From Sphagnum compactum (taxonomy: Eukaryota), in the NCBI GenBank assembly GCA_965153455.1, contig OZ234493.1, forward strand, positions 24,480,213 through 24,544,212: a DNA stretch of 64,000 nt, in the 5' to 3' direction. A program made the position numbers and the translations under genes. The notes beneath the pieces are model-generated. The model had not been told where the DNA came from and did no database searches. It saw only the letters and a list, made by a program, of their open reading frames with translations. Shown piece by piece: positions 24,716 to 39,146 of the stretch. The first letter of the stretch is position 1; every line of letters begins with the position of its first letter.

Positions 24716-27700
24716 TTGTCAAAAAATCCATGCAAGTGTAGGTTAACAATCTCCAATTGTCACATCATATTTTTTTTTTGGGGTTAACCAAAGGTAATGT
24801 TGTAAATGGATCCATACATTAGTGGAGGAACCAATGTGGGTGGCAAAACAATTGCTTATTAATCATGACTGGCCTCCCACTTGTTTTGATGATAATTCAA
24901 AAGCTTGAACATCCCAAGTTGTCATTAGTAGAAAATTCCCATTTTTAAACCAAAAAGTTTTGAGATGCACATCATTTGCAACTTTGTTACAATTGGGATT
25001 TTTTTAATTTTAAATAAAATTATGGAAATTATTAATTAAATCAACTCATCTATTATATTGGTATATAGTTGAAAACAATTTTCAACTAGGTGGTCATTTG
25101 CTGAATATTCCTAGCATCAATAATGTTTCCAAGTTGAACACCCAACTATGTTGGTAAATAATGTGAAACATGTTTCAACTAAAGGACCATTCTCAAAATA
25201 TTCTTAACATCTAAGGTTTTCTAGTTGGCACATGTAATCAAAACAATGAATAATGTTCAACTATTTTGATGACACCATCAACACACATATATGGATGATA
25301 AAATGTTTTAGAAAATAGATGAAATGTAATCTTATTTAATAATATTGCTTATTACTATTTATTTACTCTTAAGTTGTATAAATCATTAGAATAATTAGTA
25401 AGGATATTTAATAAATTATTATTTATTTGAAAAAAATTATTATTATTTAACACCACCATATTTACAAAAATATCTTTTCTATATTTTTTTATTTAGTATT
25501 TATTATATTAATTAATAATATTTATAACAAGTTAGGTAATAATACGAATAATAATAGTTAAATAACTAGCCTAGCTTAATTACAATATTATTATTAATTT
25601 TTTTGTCATAATTCTAGCCAATTATTAATTATCATGACATTATAATAATAATTGTAATTAAAATATCATTAAAAATTAGTGAGTTTTTACATTTTAGTTA
25701 ATTAGTTGTTTTACAAAAGCTTAATAAGAAGTCATAATGAATTAATATTTATAAAAATTGACCAATTATTTATATTTATTTATTTAATAAATAATTATAT
25801 TTATTTGCTCAAATTTTAAATTAAAAAAATCGTATTATTTAATAAATGATAATAATAATTAAGTTTTTAATTATATAACTATACAATTTAAGGTTGATGA
25901 ATATTACTACAAATAATTATCGTAATTAACAAAACCTAGGCTGGTAGACTATTAGTCTCGTTTTAGGTTTAGACTAGTTTGTAATTTAATTGCAACTAAA
26001 TTATACTCATTTGAGTTGCAATTAGGTTACAATTCCGTTTCAATTGAAATGTTTATCCCATGTTGTTTGGTTTCCATTCCAAAATCCAACCTATATAAAA
26101 AAATGCACTAGAATTGTTGGAAAAACACAATAATCATGAAAATGTGATAGTCATTTTGGATGAGCCAATTGAAAAGGTTGAACCTTAAAGGCTAAACCAA
26201 CTTAAATAAGATTTCATTTATTAAATGCCATGTGGCTTAAATCTAACCCTAGTTTAAACCTAAAGTAAATGGCCTATTTTAAGCTTAACCTAGTTTCTTA
26301 AGTTTGGACCTAACTTATGTTTAAGCTAGGTGGCCAATGTTCAAGCATCATATGGCTTAGCTTATGGATGTGGATGTGCCATGTGTCATTTATTCGTTAA
26401 CCCCAAACTTTGTCAATGTGACATCTGTCAACATTGTGAATGTGCCACATCTCACCAAACCATTGGCCAACTATTCAATTTACATAGTTATAGCTTAATC
26501 AAAATTGTAACGAAATTTTTGGTGCATATCATGCCCAATCAGCAAATGAAGTTCATCCACCAGTTGAAAGTAATTGAAAATAATTCTCAACTATAATGGT
26601 ATGCAATTTGCAATTGAAATGGTAAATAGTGGGTATTGTTGTGGTGTTCACACGTGGTTGTCATTTTCAACTAGAATGTCATTTTTGACTTGTATTTGTC
26701 GACTTTCTTGGTTTATATTTGAAAAAAAATTCTCCAATTGCAAAAAATACTTTGCAACTGAATTTTTTCTTTTCAACTATGTTTTTTAGTTGAAATGTAA
26801 TTGAAGATGTAATTCTAAATTGCATTGATGATGAAGTTTTCATTTGGATAATTTTCTAGTTTATTATGTTAAGATTACAAATGAGCTTGAGGGGGGGGGG
26901 CTCAATCTTTCTGGTACACTAGTTTGGTGGGTAGGTCTATTGTAGTTTTTTTTTTTTTTAATGGAATGTTTTATATGTTACTTATAGAGTTCACAAATGT
27001 GGATTGAAAAAGATCGCGAGGTCTTCCTTTGATCCATGTATTGAAAATAAAAGTGGACGCCATGCTTATATATCAATTGTAATATAATGTTCTATAATAA
27101 ATAAATAAATTCAAGGAAGTTGAAGGTTCCTTTTTAAAAAAATTCATTCCACAAATCTCTTATTTTCTCCAAGTTCGCACACAAATTAATGACAAATAAA
27201 CAAATACCATGAAATTTATGTACCCATTTGTTGTGTAAAAATTATCCTAGCCTACATTCAATTCTATTTCTTTGAATATTGGAAAAAGTGGCCCCTTTTT
27301 AACATCTCCATTGTTCCTTTGAATATTTTGATACCCTAGGTCTTTACCCTTTTACACATTTAATTGTTTCATTCCTCAAGATATAGTGAAGACGTACAAA
27401 TTATTTTCATGGATATGCAAATAATGCTCCTTCTCCACCATTTCCATAGGTTCTTTCGTTTTATTTAAAACTTACAAATCCCTTTCACGTACTTGTATGT
27501 TAATTCAACTAGATCAACCAAATCCTTTCTTTTTTAAAACAAACCTTTGGCTTTCATTCACATGCATGATTATGTATGCACATCAATATAAATGCATCTT
27601 CTTTCCATATTTAAAATTGTTACCATAGGCTATAATGTGTTGAATAATTACACAATGTTGAAAACACCTACCCTTTCACATTTATAAGATGGCTAACATC

Positions 27701-28619
27701 TATCTATTTTCAAACATGCATAAAAAATGATTATTGGGTTTTAATGGATTCAAATATTGAAAACCAAAATGAACACCATCTATACATCAATTTCAAATTG
27801 ATTTATATAATTTTTAAAAATCATGTTTCATTTCTAATCCAACAAATCCAACATCCCCAATGGTTTCAAACAAATCTTCATGTTGTAGCATAACAAATTT
27901 TGGGTTTTATGACTGGTTTAAAAAACAACTATTGTTTTTTTTACTATGTTTATTTTAAATATAATTTATATTGATTTAGTTATACATAAATAATTTTCAA
28001 CCATGCTCAGCTTAAATAATTGTGTTTAAAGGTACCAAATAATTGTGTTTAATTTCATTTATGTTCTTTTAATCATGTTTTATTTAAATAATTGTGTTTA
28101 AAATTGTTTAGCCATATTTAGTTTGAATTTTTTTGTTTAGTTTGATTTATATATTAATTTAACTATGTTTAGATTGGGTGCAGTCATATTAACATGTACC
28201 AAAAGCAATCGTAACCACTACTTAATTTTTTGAACTTTGGATTGTAAAATAATAATAATAATAATAATAAATGAATAAATAAATTTTTTTTTATAAAACT
28301 TTATTGTGAATACATTATGTACATATCATACAAATTTGGAATTAGTCTAATGAGTGAAAAATACATATAAGGCCTTTTAACCTCTTGTAACCATTGTTTT
28401 AAAATTACATAAAAGTAGTTAAAAGCAGTTTTGACACTAAAAACATAATTTGAAAATATTTTTAATGACATATTTTGGGATATTTTTAACATAATAATAT
28501 TAAAATTTTAAATAATAATAATTTTTAAAAAAAAGACATATTAAAAAGATTCTAAAAATATTCCAAGAATAAAATAATGGTTTTAAAGGGCACACGTGGC
28601 TCCTAATAATGTGGTTGGA

Positions 28620-29240
28620 CCCAGATTACCTTAATCTATGTCTAGCCTAAATTAGTTTAGGTCTACCCTAGTTTAACTTAAATCTAGCTTGGAGCCTAAG
28701 TAATCTTAGTTAGGCTAAATAATAAATTAATTTAATTTATTTTTAACATAGGGAGGCTTAGGTTAATTAAGATCTAAAGCTTATAGGTAGTCTAGGTTTA
28801 TTTAATTCATCCTAAGTCAATTTAGGGAGGCCTAGGTTAACCTAGGCTAGGTTGGTAGGTAGTAAGTAGGTTGACCTATGTCAACTGAGGGTGGCCTAAT
28901 TTAATTTGAAGCTAAAAAAAAATGAACTTTATAACTTTGTGTTTAATAGACATAATATATATAAATGTGGTAGTGCAATGGATGAGGACTTGAACCGCAA
29001 AATGGAGGTGAGAGGTTCAAGTATTTATTCTTGCAACTTATAATACCTAGGTCACTTAACCTAGGTTAGGTAGCTTAGATTGGTGTTTGTTTTTAACCTG
29101 GGAAATTAAGAGGTTAATGTTTGTTTTTAACTTAGGCCACCTAGCCTAGGTTAAGTAGTTTGGGCTAGCTAGGTTAGGTTAAGTAAACTTTGGTTATGTG
29201 AACTACCTAAGCTACCTAACTTAGGCTAAGTTGACTTTTT
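28620..29240. repeat. Low-complexity degenerate TAGGTT/CCTAGG repeats, probably a TE subterminal region
   Basis: Many AACCTAGG/TAGGTT variants; similar tracts occur at ~26240-26330 and 57835-58040, the latter inside the CACTA-like element. Confidence 0.5.
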
Positions 29241-32200
29241 TTCGTGTGTGATGACTCATAATTGAACATGTGTTTAAAATTTTTAACAAGTGTCATCCAT
29301 TTATCAAGGTGTATTTTGTAACTTCTAATTGAATAAATGACTAGGTTGACATGACATACACTTTACACATCAAACCTAGGTTAATGATGACATGAAATTT
29401 TAATATTATAAAAAAATAAAAAAATCTTAGTTGATAAAATGATTAGGCTTTGCAACTATATTAAATGGGTAAAACAACATGGGTTGAACAATTCAATAAT
29501 CATTAGTTGCAAATATTCCTTTTAACTAATACATAGTCATAAAGGCAAGTTGCAAAACCCAATATGTGTTTTTGTGTTGATATGCAAATAATGTTCTTTG
29601 TCCTTAACAACTATCCATTTTTACATATTTATATGTTAATTCATTCAATATAACTTTGGAAAAAAAATCAATCCATGAAATTTACAACCATGTTGCCCCA
29701 CCAACATAAATGCCACATTTACATGGAAATACATTCAATTTGATTCAATATTTAGAAATTTTACCCTAGCTTATAATGTTTTGAATAGTTACACAATGGT
29801 ACAAAATACCCATCTACATATTTATAGGATGGCTAGCATTCAAGGTGATTTTATAAAACATAGACCACCAAATTTGGCAACCCTATTGACTTCATAAAAA
29901 ATCTTATGGCCTGCATTTTATTTTAGTTGAATGTATAAGTTTCTTTGGATTCTTGTTTTGGTGTCAAGTTGCATTGTCTTCCTTTTAGTTTAATTTACTT
30001 CATTACAAATATCAAATGTTCACCCAAACACAAATATGTTTTCCCCTAGTTCACATATTAAGTTTTTTTTTGTCAAACCCTATCATTTCTTACCATCAAA
30101 TCTTATGTTTAATTTTAATTTATTTTGGGTGTTTTATCAATCCAACACACATTAGCACCAAATGCAATCAATCCCAACATCCAATTATTTATATTATTAT
30201 GGATACATCGTAAAACAAAACAAAATCATGGAGTTTTTCACCCAAAGTCTAGTTGTGATTTGGATTGTATTTTCATTCACACCACTTATATCTAATTTGG
30301 ATGTATTAAGGTGAACCACCCATCATTGGCACCTTCCCCTCATTTTCATCACTACTTGAATTGACCTTTTACATGAATGCATCCAACTCCTTGTTATACA
30401 TATGTATAGGTGATTCATAAGCATTGTTGACCAAATTTGATTTTCCAACCATTTCTATTCAATGACATTTTTGAAAAAATATTTTCACAAGTTTTCAAAT
30501 CCCAAGAAATAATCACATTGGTCGTGAAATATTATTTTGTAATTTCAATTTATTGGCTCCATAGGCCATGGACTATCCCCTGAAGGTTAGGGCAAACTAT
30601 TCAAAAACTCTAGAATGAACAAACATATAACAATTGAATAAATATTGTAGTTTTGAAGCCCGTATCTTTCACCGGAACTTTCATTTGTAACTTGAATTTT
30701 GGCTTTATTATCTTCAATTCTTTTTGGTCCATAAGTGGATATGATTCTAGGTTTGCTAGAGTGCAACATGAGTGTGGTAAATCAATAGTAGACATGACAA
30801 AAACACATTACAAAATGCAAAGATGACGAATTAACTAGATATAAAAAAAAAGGTGTTGTGCTCTTATCAAAAGGACTAGCAAAAAATAAATTGGTTTCAA
30901 ATGATAATCACATTATAAACGTCCGGAGGTTTATCACCCACTCCTATTATAAACTACTTGACATTAATTTATGCCACAACAAAAAAATAAAATGTTAACA
31001 AAATAGTTCAAAGATTTTTAAGTTGTTCTATTCACAATTTTTTTGCGTATATGGAAATTTTTCCATTGATGGTTACTATGACAAAATCCGTTCTTGACCA
31101 TTCTTATAAGTTGTTGATTTTTTTTCATTTATGTGCACTCCCCCAACATTAGCAATATCCATGGATAATCACATGGACATTGCCATGTGGATGTTGGCAC
31201 ATGGACATTTTTGCTAACATGATGGAATCAAAAAATTGTCAAATTATATTCCATGCGCATTTGAAGAATCTATTAAAAAAATTCTTTTGACATGGATGGA
31301 ATTTATTTGAAATATTTTTCCTATTCATGTTGATGTTCATATGCTCATGAATAACGTTCGTGATATGATTAAGTTTGAACATTAGTCACAAACTGTTTTA
31401 AGACTTCATAAAACCACCATGCTTTGGTGTAATGTATGTCAATTATTCCATAATGAATGAATAATTGGTGTTTATTATTGATTGTGAACGTTCAATAGAA
31501 TTTTGTTTTCACAAATAAATACAAATAAGGATAAAGATTAGGGCAAAGATATCTTTGGATGAAACAAAACGATTTCTTACATTTCAATCATTGTATGTCC
31601 ACGTATGAAAGAAATGGAGATGTAAAATGCTTATATGAAATGATTGAATAACAAATCATGAAATTAAAAATTTATTCATGACTATGATTTCTATGCCATA
31701 TAATAGTTATAATTTTAGCTACATGTTGACTCTTTGTATATAATTGACAGTTGAGATAAGGTGCACTTGCTATAACTTGAGTTTTTGTTCCATCCACACA
31801 AAACAACTTGAAATGATTCTAATTACAAAAACTAGTTTTAAATGACTAAGTGGACCATTTCATTCAATATTTCGAGTTGAATGATGATCATCTATCCTTA
31901 TTTTTCAATCCATTGTATACTCTTTATAAGTACCATAATTATAAACCTTGATTGACCATTGAAAACAACAAAGTTTTGTAAAGGAATGAATCTTTGATTG
32001 TAATTGAATAATTGTGATCCCAACTTCATTTTGTTTGGTTCTAGTAGATGGGGACCAACTATGATTCAACCAAAGTCTATACTGTTTCTTTTAAATTAAT
32101 TACAACTCAATGCAAATTTTGTTGCACAAACAAAACTATGATAAAGCCCGAAAAATGTGGTTGTTATAATATATTTCACAAGCATCAACTTGAAGTTTTA

Positions 32201-33519
32201 AAAACATGACATATAACACTTATTCGAAAGCATGTAATAGTTAGATTATGATGACTACTTTAATATATACATTAATCTGGAACATGCATTGGCATTGAAT
32301 GGTTTCCAATATTTGGAGCATTGGAAGTTTCGATCTCATGAACAATTCATGATGATTATTTTCCCATCACAAAAATACAAGGTTCCATGTGAGAATTGCA
32401 AACATCATCCATACATTTCCATTGTCAAGTGTAGCAAGGGAGATGAAAAATAACATATGTTGAGTATGCACCACCAACATGTAATAAGTTTACTCAACCA
32501 ATATGCCAAAACAAATATATTGTGAATTAAAAGAGTGATTTACCTGATAATTACTGCCAAGAGGACAGTGCAATTCCATCAGATGAAGTGTGGTAGGACT
32601 TTGCAAAATATCTAAGACAATTCAAAAAGAAAAACTTACCTCTCAACTACTATCACTAAAACAACAGGACCACAAAGTGTGCAAGACAAACCAAAGATCA
32701 ATTCCAGCAATGATGATAGCATCAGTAATCCAACAAGAAAAAGTTTGGGTACAAGTAATATAAATTTACTTTCATCTGATAACATTTGTCTCTCTCCTCT
32801 AATTGGAGCTTGATCAGTTATGTTATTGGTGCTTTAAGTGTCTCCCCTTGTTCCTTGTTGACAGCAAACATGGGTTGGAGAAGTAGTTCTCTAGCCCAAC
32901 GCATACCTGTTGTTGTTGGGGAGGCCGGAATGAAACACTTGATATCTGTCAAATTGCAAAGAAGTATTGAAAACAACTTGAGGTTAGTATGTAACACAAC
33001 AATGAGTGCCATCATAATCTTATGAGCATTTGCTCACAAAGTGTCAGACCCATCACCTCCATCACAAGTAGCAGTGATGAACTGCCATGAATATGCTTGG
33101 CAAATTTAACTATAATTTTAGGCTAATTTCATTGATCATTAATTTTTAATTCAATGTATTAATACCTGCATTGCAACCCACACATCATTACCTGAAAGAG
33201 CTCCAGCTTGCTTTGAACATCAATAATTATGGACAATAATCAGTCCACAATTGAATATGATGAACTTATGAATAAGAGCTTTACCAGGGCTGATCATAAT
33301 TGCAAATTGATTCTATCAAATGGCCAGTTTTCTTAACCATGAATAGAGCAAAGCTTCCACAGACTAGAAGTTGTATTCGTTGCTTTAGAACAATAACTAG
33401 ATGTTGCATTTGTTCTTTCAGAATAATAAGCTTAGAGTAGATGTTGTGGAGCATGCCAATGGCAACAGAAGAGTTCCACTAAATTATGGTGAAACTTTCA
33501 GGCAGTTGTGATTCTGTTA

Positions 33520-35350
33520 TGCACATAGATTGCCACAAACCTGCAGATTTTTCTACTTCAGAGAGGACTACCAGGAGTTGTGTTGATGAGCCCAAATCCA
33601 ATAGTCAGTTTCTCACTATGGTGACACAAATGAGACACCTGTTCTTCTTCCACATCATGCAGAACAAATTTCATACAAGGCACTTACCCCGCATCATGCA
33701 TGAGCCCTGACAATATCTGCACTTCTGCATGAATTTCAATCAATTGGGGGTGGTCTTGATCTTCTACTACAAAGTTATGCACCTCATTATTCACTTCAAT
33801 CCAGGTATGACCCGGCTGTTTCTTCACACCTTTCTCCTTTTTCTGCCATTCAAAATTCTCAAAGAGACGCCTATTGCCAGAAGCAGCACATAACCAGCTG
33901 CATTTTCAGGCTTCATTTCAAGAATTTGTTTGGCAATGTGTTCTGCCATCTCCATAATACCAGGGATTCTGCATGTGCTGAGCAAAGCCATCCATGCAGC
34001 GACATCTGGTCCAAAGGGCATTGCTATGAGCAGATTCTCTGCCTCCTGTAGCTGGCCAGCATGGCCAAGAAGGTCGACCATACAGGTGAAATGTTCCAAT
34101 TTTGCAGAAATCATATAGTCTGTGACCATTGAAACATAGCAGCGCGTGCCTTCATCCACCAAACCTGCATGGCTACAAGCTGACAGCAGACAAATAAAAG
34201 TGATATCATCTGGCTGTACACCTTCTGCACACATCTGTTCAAAATATTTAGGAGCATCCTTACCATGCCCATGCATGGCACATCCTCCCAGTATGGTGGT
34301 CCAAGTTACCACATTTCAAGATGGCAGCTTGTTGAACACACTCCAAGCATCCTCCATGCTTCCACACTTTGCATACATGTCAACCAAGCTACTTCGCACA
34401 GAGACCTCAGACTCACAACCGCTTTGAATCATTTGCTGATGAACATACCTGCCCTCTTCAAGTGCAACTACACTGGCACATGCATTCAGCACCCCCACAA
34501 AAGTGACAGAGTTTGGTGGCACACCCTCCTGTTGCATTTTTTGAAATAGTTCCAATGCCTTCTGCCCTTGCCCACATTGCACATGTCCCAATATCATGGT
34601 GGTCCAAGTGACCACATTGCGAGATGGCATCTTGTTGAAGACTCTCCAAGCCTCCTCAATGCTCCCACATTTTGCATACATGTCAACCAAGCTATTGCAC
34701 ACAAAAACATCAGACTGCAAACCACTTTGAATGATCTGCTGATGAGCACACCTGCCCTCTTCAATTGCAACCACACTGGCACATGCATTCAGCACCCCCA
34801 CAAAAGCAACAGAATCTGGTCGCATACCCTCCTGCTGCATTTATTGAAACAGTTCCAGTGCCTTCTGCCCTTGTCCACATTTCACATGTCCCAGTATCCT
34901 GGCATTCCAAGTGACCACATCTTGAGATGGCATCTTGTCGAACACTCTCCAAGTCTCCTCAATGCTCCCACATTTTGCATACATGTCCACCAAGCTACTT
35001 CCCACAAAGACATCTGACTCACAACCACTTTGAAGGAGCTGCTTATGAACAAGCCTGCCATCTTCAAGTGTCCCTAAACCAGCACATGCCTTAATCACTG
35101 GAACAAAGGTGAATTTGTTAGGTCTCACTCCTTCTCGTTGCATTTGTTGAAAAAGCTGCATCGCCTTCTGTGATTGCCCATCCTTCACATATTTTGTAAG
35201 CTTCTGATTCCATGCAAAAATGTTCAATTGCACTGTGCCTGGTGCCATTGCAGCTATCTCTGATGCCACACACCCATGGTGGGTTTTGTTGGTCCTCAAG
35301 CCAGAGTGCTTCCTGTGTCTTCTTGTGTTTGAAATCCGGATACCTTGCAC
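33520..35350 (-). pseudogene. PLS-class PPR gene with E and truncated DYW domain (RNA-editing factor type), pseudogene
   Basis: Repeated P-L-S motifs (SLVDMYAKCGSIEEAWRVFNKMPSRNVVTW). In-frame stops at 34841-34843 (TAA) and 34316-34318 (TGA). The E domain is deleted and frameshifted after AAGYVLL. The PG box GVKKQPGHTWIEV is followed by HDAG*VP, LCHHSEKL, SPL* and loss of the CxxC/DYW end. Confidence 0.9.
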
Positions 35351-36019
35351 TTGTCTACAACCAGAAAATCCAGATCAAGCTGATCAGTGATGTATTGTCC
35401 ACAGCCCAGGCATAAATGGGATCATAAGAACAGAGAAAGCCGCACTGAACTTCTCAATCAGCATATTGGATTTACCTACCTTCTCAAGCCTACTACTACT
35501 ATCTCACCAGTGCTAAGCACTTGAAAAGAATGTTTAGATGAGGGCAGGATAGCAACTAGGAGAGAGCAACCAGATTGACACCAACAAGAGTATGGCTCCA
35601 GGGACTGCAGAAAACCTTCATTTCAAATGATGTGCTTTGATCACATAGAAGCCACGAGGAGGTCTCGCATTTTTGCATAGATTTTGTAGAACCCTTCCAT
35701 TTGACTGAGAATATATCATTGTAATAAAATCAGGTCAAGATTTTTCGGGAAACAAAACACATATTGTGAGAAGGCAGTACACAGAGAAGAACAACACTGG
35801 AAAGCTTACAATTGAAGTGATCTGTGAGTGCCGCCTCTGTTTCTATTCGGCGCGGTCCGGAAAGAAGTGCGGTGTACTGCGAAAGTTGTTGATGGGTAAA
35901 GTGGAATAGCGGGTGCACACAGACACTTAGGAGCAAGTTCCTCCTCGTGCACCTCCCTCTTCTGCATGAGGTGGTGGAGCAGCTGCTTTTGTGGTTTAGA
36001 AAATAGTTAGATCTTGCAC

Positions 36020-38240
36020 ATGGCAATTGCTCTTGTTGCACTGCTGACGAAGACATTGCTTCGCAAAAGCGTTGCCAATCTCGCTCCTCACAATCCAAGA
36101 GTATCCCAAGTACAGATCCAAATGCAATTCTCTCTCGAGCGTGCCAAGTCGACGCAAATGCAATCTCTCTCCTGCCGCCGCCACCCGTGCAACTCGTGGT
36201 GGGACAATTCCGCATTGAACGTCACCCCTCCGCTTGCAATTGTCCTAAAACCTCCAAAACCCCGGCACCCCAAATGCAGCACCAGTAATCTGATGCTACT
36301 GTTTGTCAGTGGGGGATTGTGCTCTGCGGATACCCAATTTGGGGTTTGTGGGAAATTTTGTATGTGTTGTGCAGTGGCGAAGATCGATTCAAGATCTTCA
36401 TCTTCAGTCTCTCCTTGTCAACCACATTCGGCGGCACTAGGGTTGAGGCAAGATCACCATATACGCTTCTTCTGGCAAACCTGAATACCCTGATGGCCCA
36501 ACCCATCTTTGTCTTCCTCAGTGGTGCAGGTGATCATCAGCTCTCTCTGTGTCTTTCTCTCTGTCTCACTGTCTCTCTGTCTCTCTTTGTGTATCTCGCC
36601 TCAAGAGAACTATTAACATTGATTTTGTTTGTGAACTTTGACATCTTTTGAATACATTGCAATTTGATTTGCATGTTCTTCTTCTGCAGAAGTGGGTTAC
36701 TCATGTGCTGTCCAACACAATGGCAACATTGATTGCAGTATTTCACAGGTTATCACAACCGTCAGAGCTGATCTGCTCGTCAGAAGTAGCGTTTATCACG
36801 AACGAGGACACAATATTTGTTGAAATCTGAAGAGTTATTGCAAACAATAGAGGAGGAATTCAGGGTTTCTTTTCCATGTTTCATTGCCAGGTAACTTCAG
36901 TCTTTAAACACACCGCCAAAATGATCACTAGTGCTGCTGCTTTCTTTATGCTGGATTGACTTTTTTGGAGCTTTTGTTGCTCAATGAATGGGAGCTTTGG
37001 GGTCCTTCACAAACAGGAGTATCCACCAGGTGTATTTGTTGCCTCAATTTGGCATCATCAACTGCAAAACCCTTTAGCAGAACCAACCTGGTTGTTTTGC
37101 TCCCATTGCACCTCTGGAACATGCAATCAACACTACAGCTGCTGATGCATTTGGTGATGTTTTCATCTGTGACTCTGGTTGTCACCCAGGAGCAGGTCTG
37201 CAGACCTTCCAAATTTGTATGTTGGGTTGTTGGATCAAGGGTTTTTATATGCTGGGATTATATTACTTTCTTGTGCAATTCCTCTGCTTTGCTTGGTGGA
37301 ACAATTCCTTATCTCTGAGCTTACTAGCTCTAGTGCAGAGCAGCTTGCTAAGTTTGTTAATGAACTCCCAAGAAAGCTGCTTGTCTTTCTGACATACCAC
37401 AATTATGATCACATTGATGGTATGGACAGTCTTAAGCTCATTAACACCAAATAGTTTCTTGTGCTAGTCTGTGCAGTATATGTATGGAGAAGGGTTGTAT
37501 TGCACTGAATTTGTTCTACCACCTTGACCCTTGAACTACATAGAGGATATAAATGTAGTTTAAATGGTACCCAATTACAGCCTGCGGGGTACAAATTATC
37601 AGTTTGTCCCCGAGTCTAGTTTCTTATATTGGTAGGTTGAATTGTCACAGGATTGCCAACTCACAAGCTATCATCATTGCACACCAGAAAACCCTGAAGT
37701 GCATGGGGAAAGGTGAATTTTTGCTCAAGCAATATATGGCTGTTTGATGGCTGCCTGTAATGCTCATGCTCTTGTCATTTTCATGAAGCTCCTTACTTGG
37801 TATACTGGAATTTGGGACAGCTAAAAAAATTGGGTTATATTGCATTGTTGTAGGAGGCAGCTCCAAGTTGCTTATTGCTGGTCAAGAACTTGAAGTTATA
37901 GCAGCCCCGATGTGTGCACCTCTGCAAGTAGCTGTCTATCGGAACTAACCAGTTCTTATGGCAAATGATGCAATTGCTAGCAAAGCAAATTGTTGTTAGT
38001 GAGTTGCTATATTGCCCATCTTCTTGAATTGAATATGATGGCAGGTTTAGTGTTGACAGTGCTGTCTGATTCTGTCAAATGGAGGTGCTAATGTCATGGT
38101 CTTGGAATGGACTGCCAGTTAACTATTCATTTGAATGCTTCTCAACAATCCTTGGTTGCATGTGTGCAGGGTCACACAGATGGTCATCTTGCACTTTTGC
38201 ATTACATGACACGAACTCTCCTTGGTGATCACTGTGTGGG
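36020..38240 (+). pseudogene. Decayed multi-exon metallo-beta-lactamase-fold (LACTB2-like) gene
   Basis: Fragments EYPPGVF, SSTAKPFSRTNLVV, QLAKFVNELPRKLLVFLTYHNYDHIDG (degenerate THxHxDH), IIIAHQKTL, LLIAGQELEVIAAP and GHTDGHL occur in the expected order, with frameshifts between them. Confidence 0.7.
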
Positions 38241-39146
38241 GTAAGTAGTGCATTGGGGATGAGTAATTCAAAAGAGTATGAAGACTTTGCCATGAAAAAT
38301 CCAGTTATTTGGTTGGCCAGCCAGTGCCACATTCCACAGACTCCTCTGGCATACATAGCCAAATTATGGAATCGCACAAGATTTGCAGCCTTCTGGATAT
38401 GGATACCAAGAACAAGGCATAATTCCACAACTATGTCCTGATGCCATTCCAGAAACTAGATGCTGGAAGTAGGTCTTGAACAGAGAGATAAACATGCTGG
38501 ATTGCTTCAAGTTCCATATTGGTCATACATAGCCAAATGAAATTGCACCTTTGCAGCCTTTTGCAAATGGATACCTCCAAGAGTTCAAGGCATTTGTTCT
38601 CCCATTCCAGAAACTAGAGAAGGAACTAGGGCTTCAGAGAGAGAGACAGAGAGACCCTGGATTGTTTCAAGTTCCACGTGCATGCACTTATGCACACGAA
38701 CTAGGGTGTGGTCAGAGAGATTTCAATGAGTTTGTGCCTACGAGCCAAGTGCACCTTGCTGCTTTGGTAGCACACATCCTATCATGCATGTACATCAAGA
38801 GACTTTGATGAGTCTCATGTGCCTAAGAACCAAGTGCAACTTGCTAGTTGGTAACACACATTCATACATTCAAGAGGGAATTAGGGTTACAGGATTTCGT
38901 AGTCATTCTTAATGAAAGGCCTCAAAAGAATTTTCTTCTCAATGAAACCTGGGAAATGAAAGAACTTGATCCATTTGACAGGAAAATCCAAGTCAATTTG
39001 GGAGCTGTAGAAAACCCTTCACATGAGATGAAGGATAGTACTAAATCCTGATGCAGGTGGATCTGCAGGCCAGTGAGCTATGTGCAATCGGCTGTGAGAC
39101 GGAGCTCCAGTGATCCTGAAGCCATTGTCAGAGATATGCGCGATCA

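Noticed and set aside
34316-34843. PPR stops TAA/TGA rescued by U-to-C editing or readthrough
   Set aside because: U-to-C stop removal is an organellar phenomenon. This nuclear copy also has a deletion, a frameshift and a truncated DYW domain, so C>T decay is the simpler explanation.
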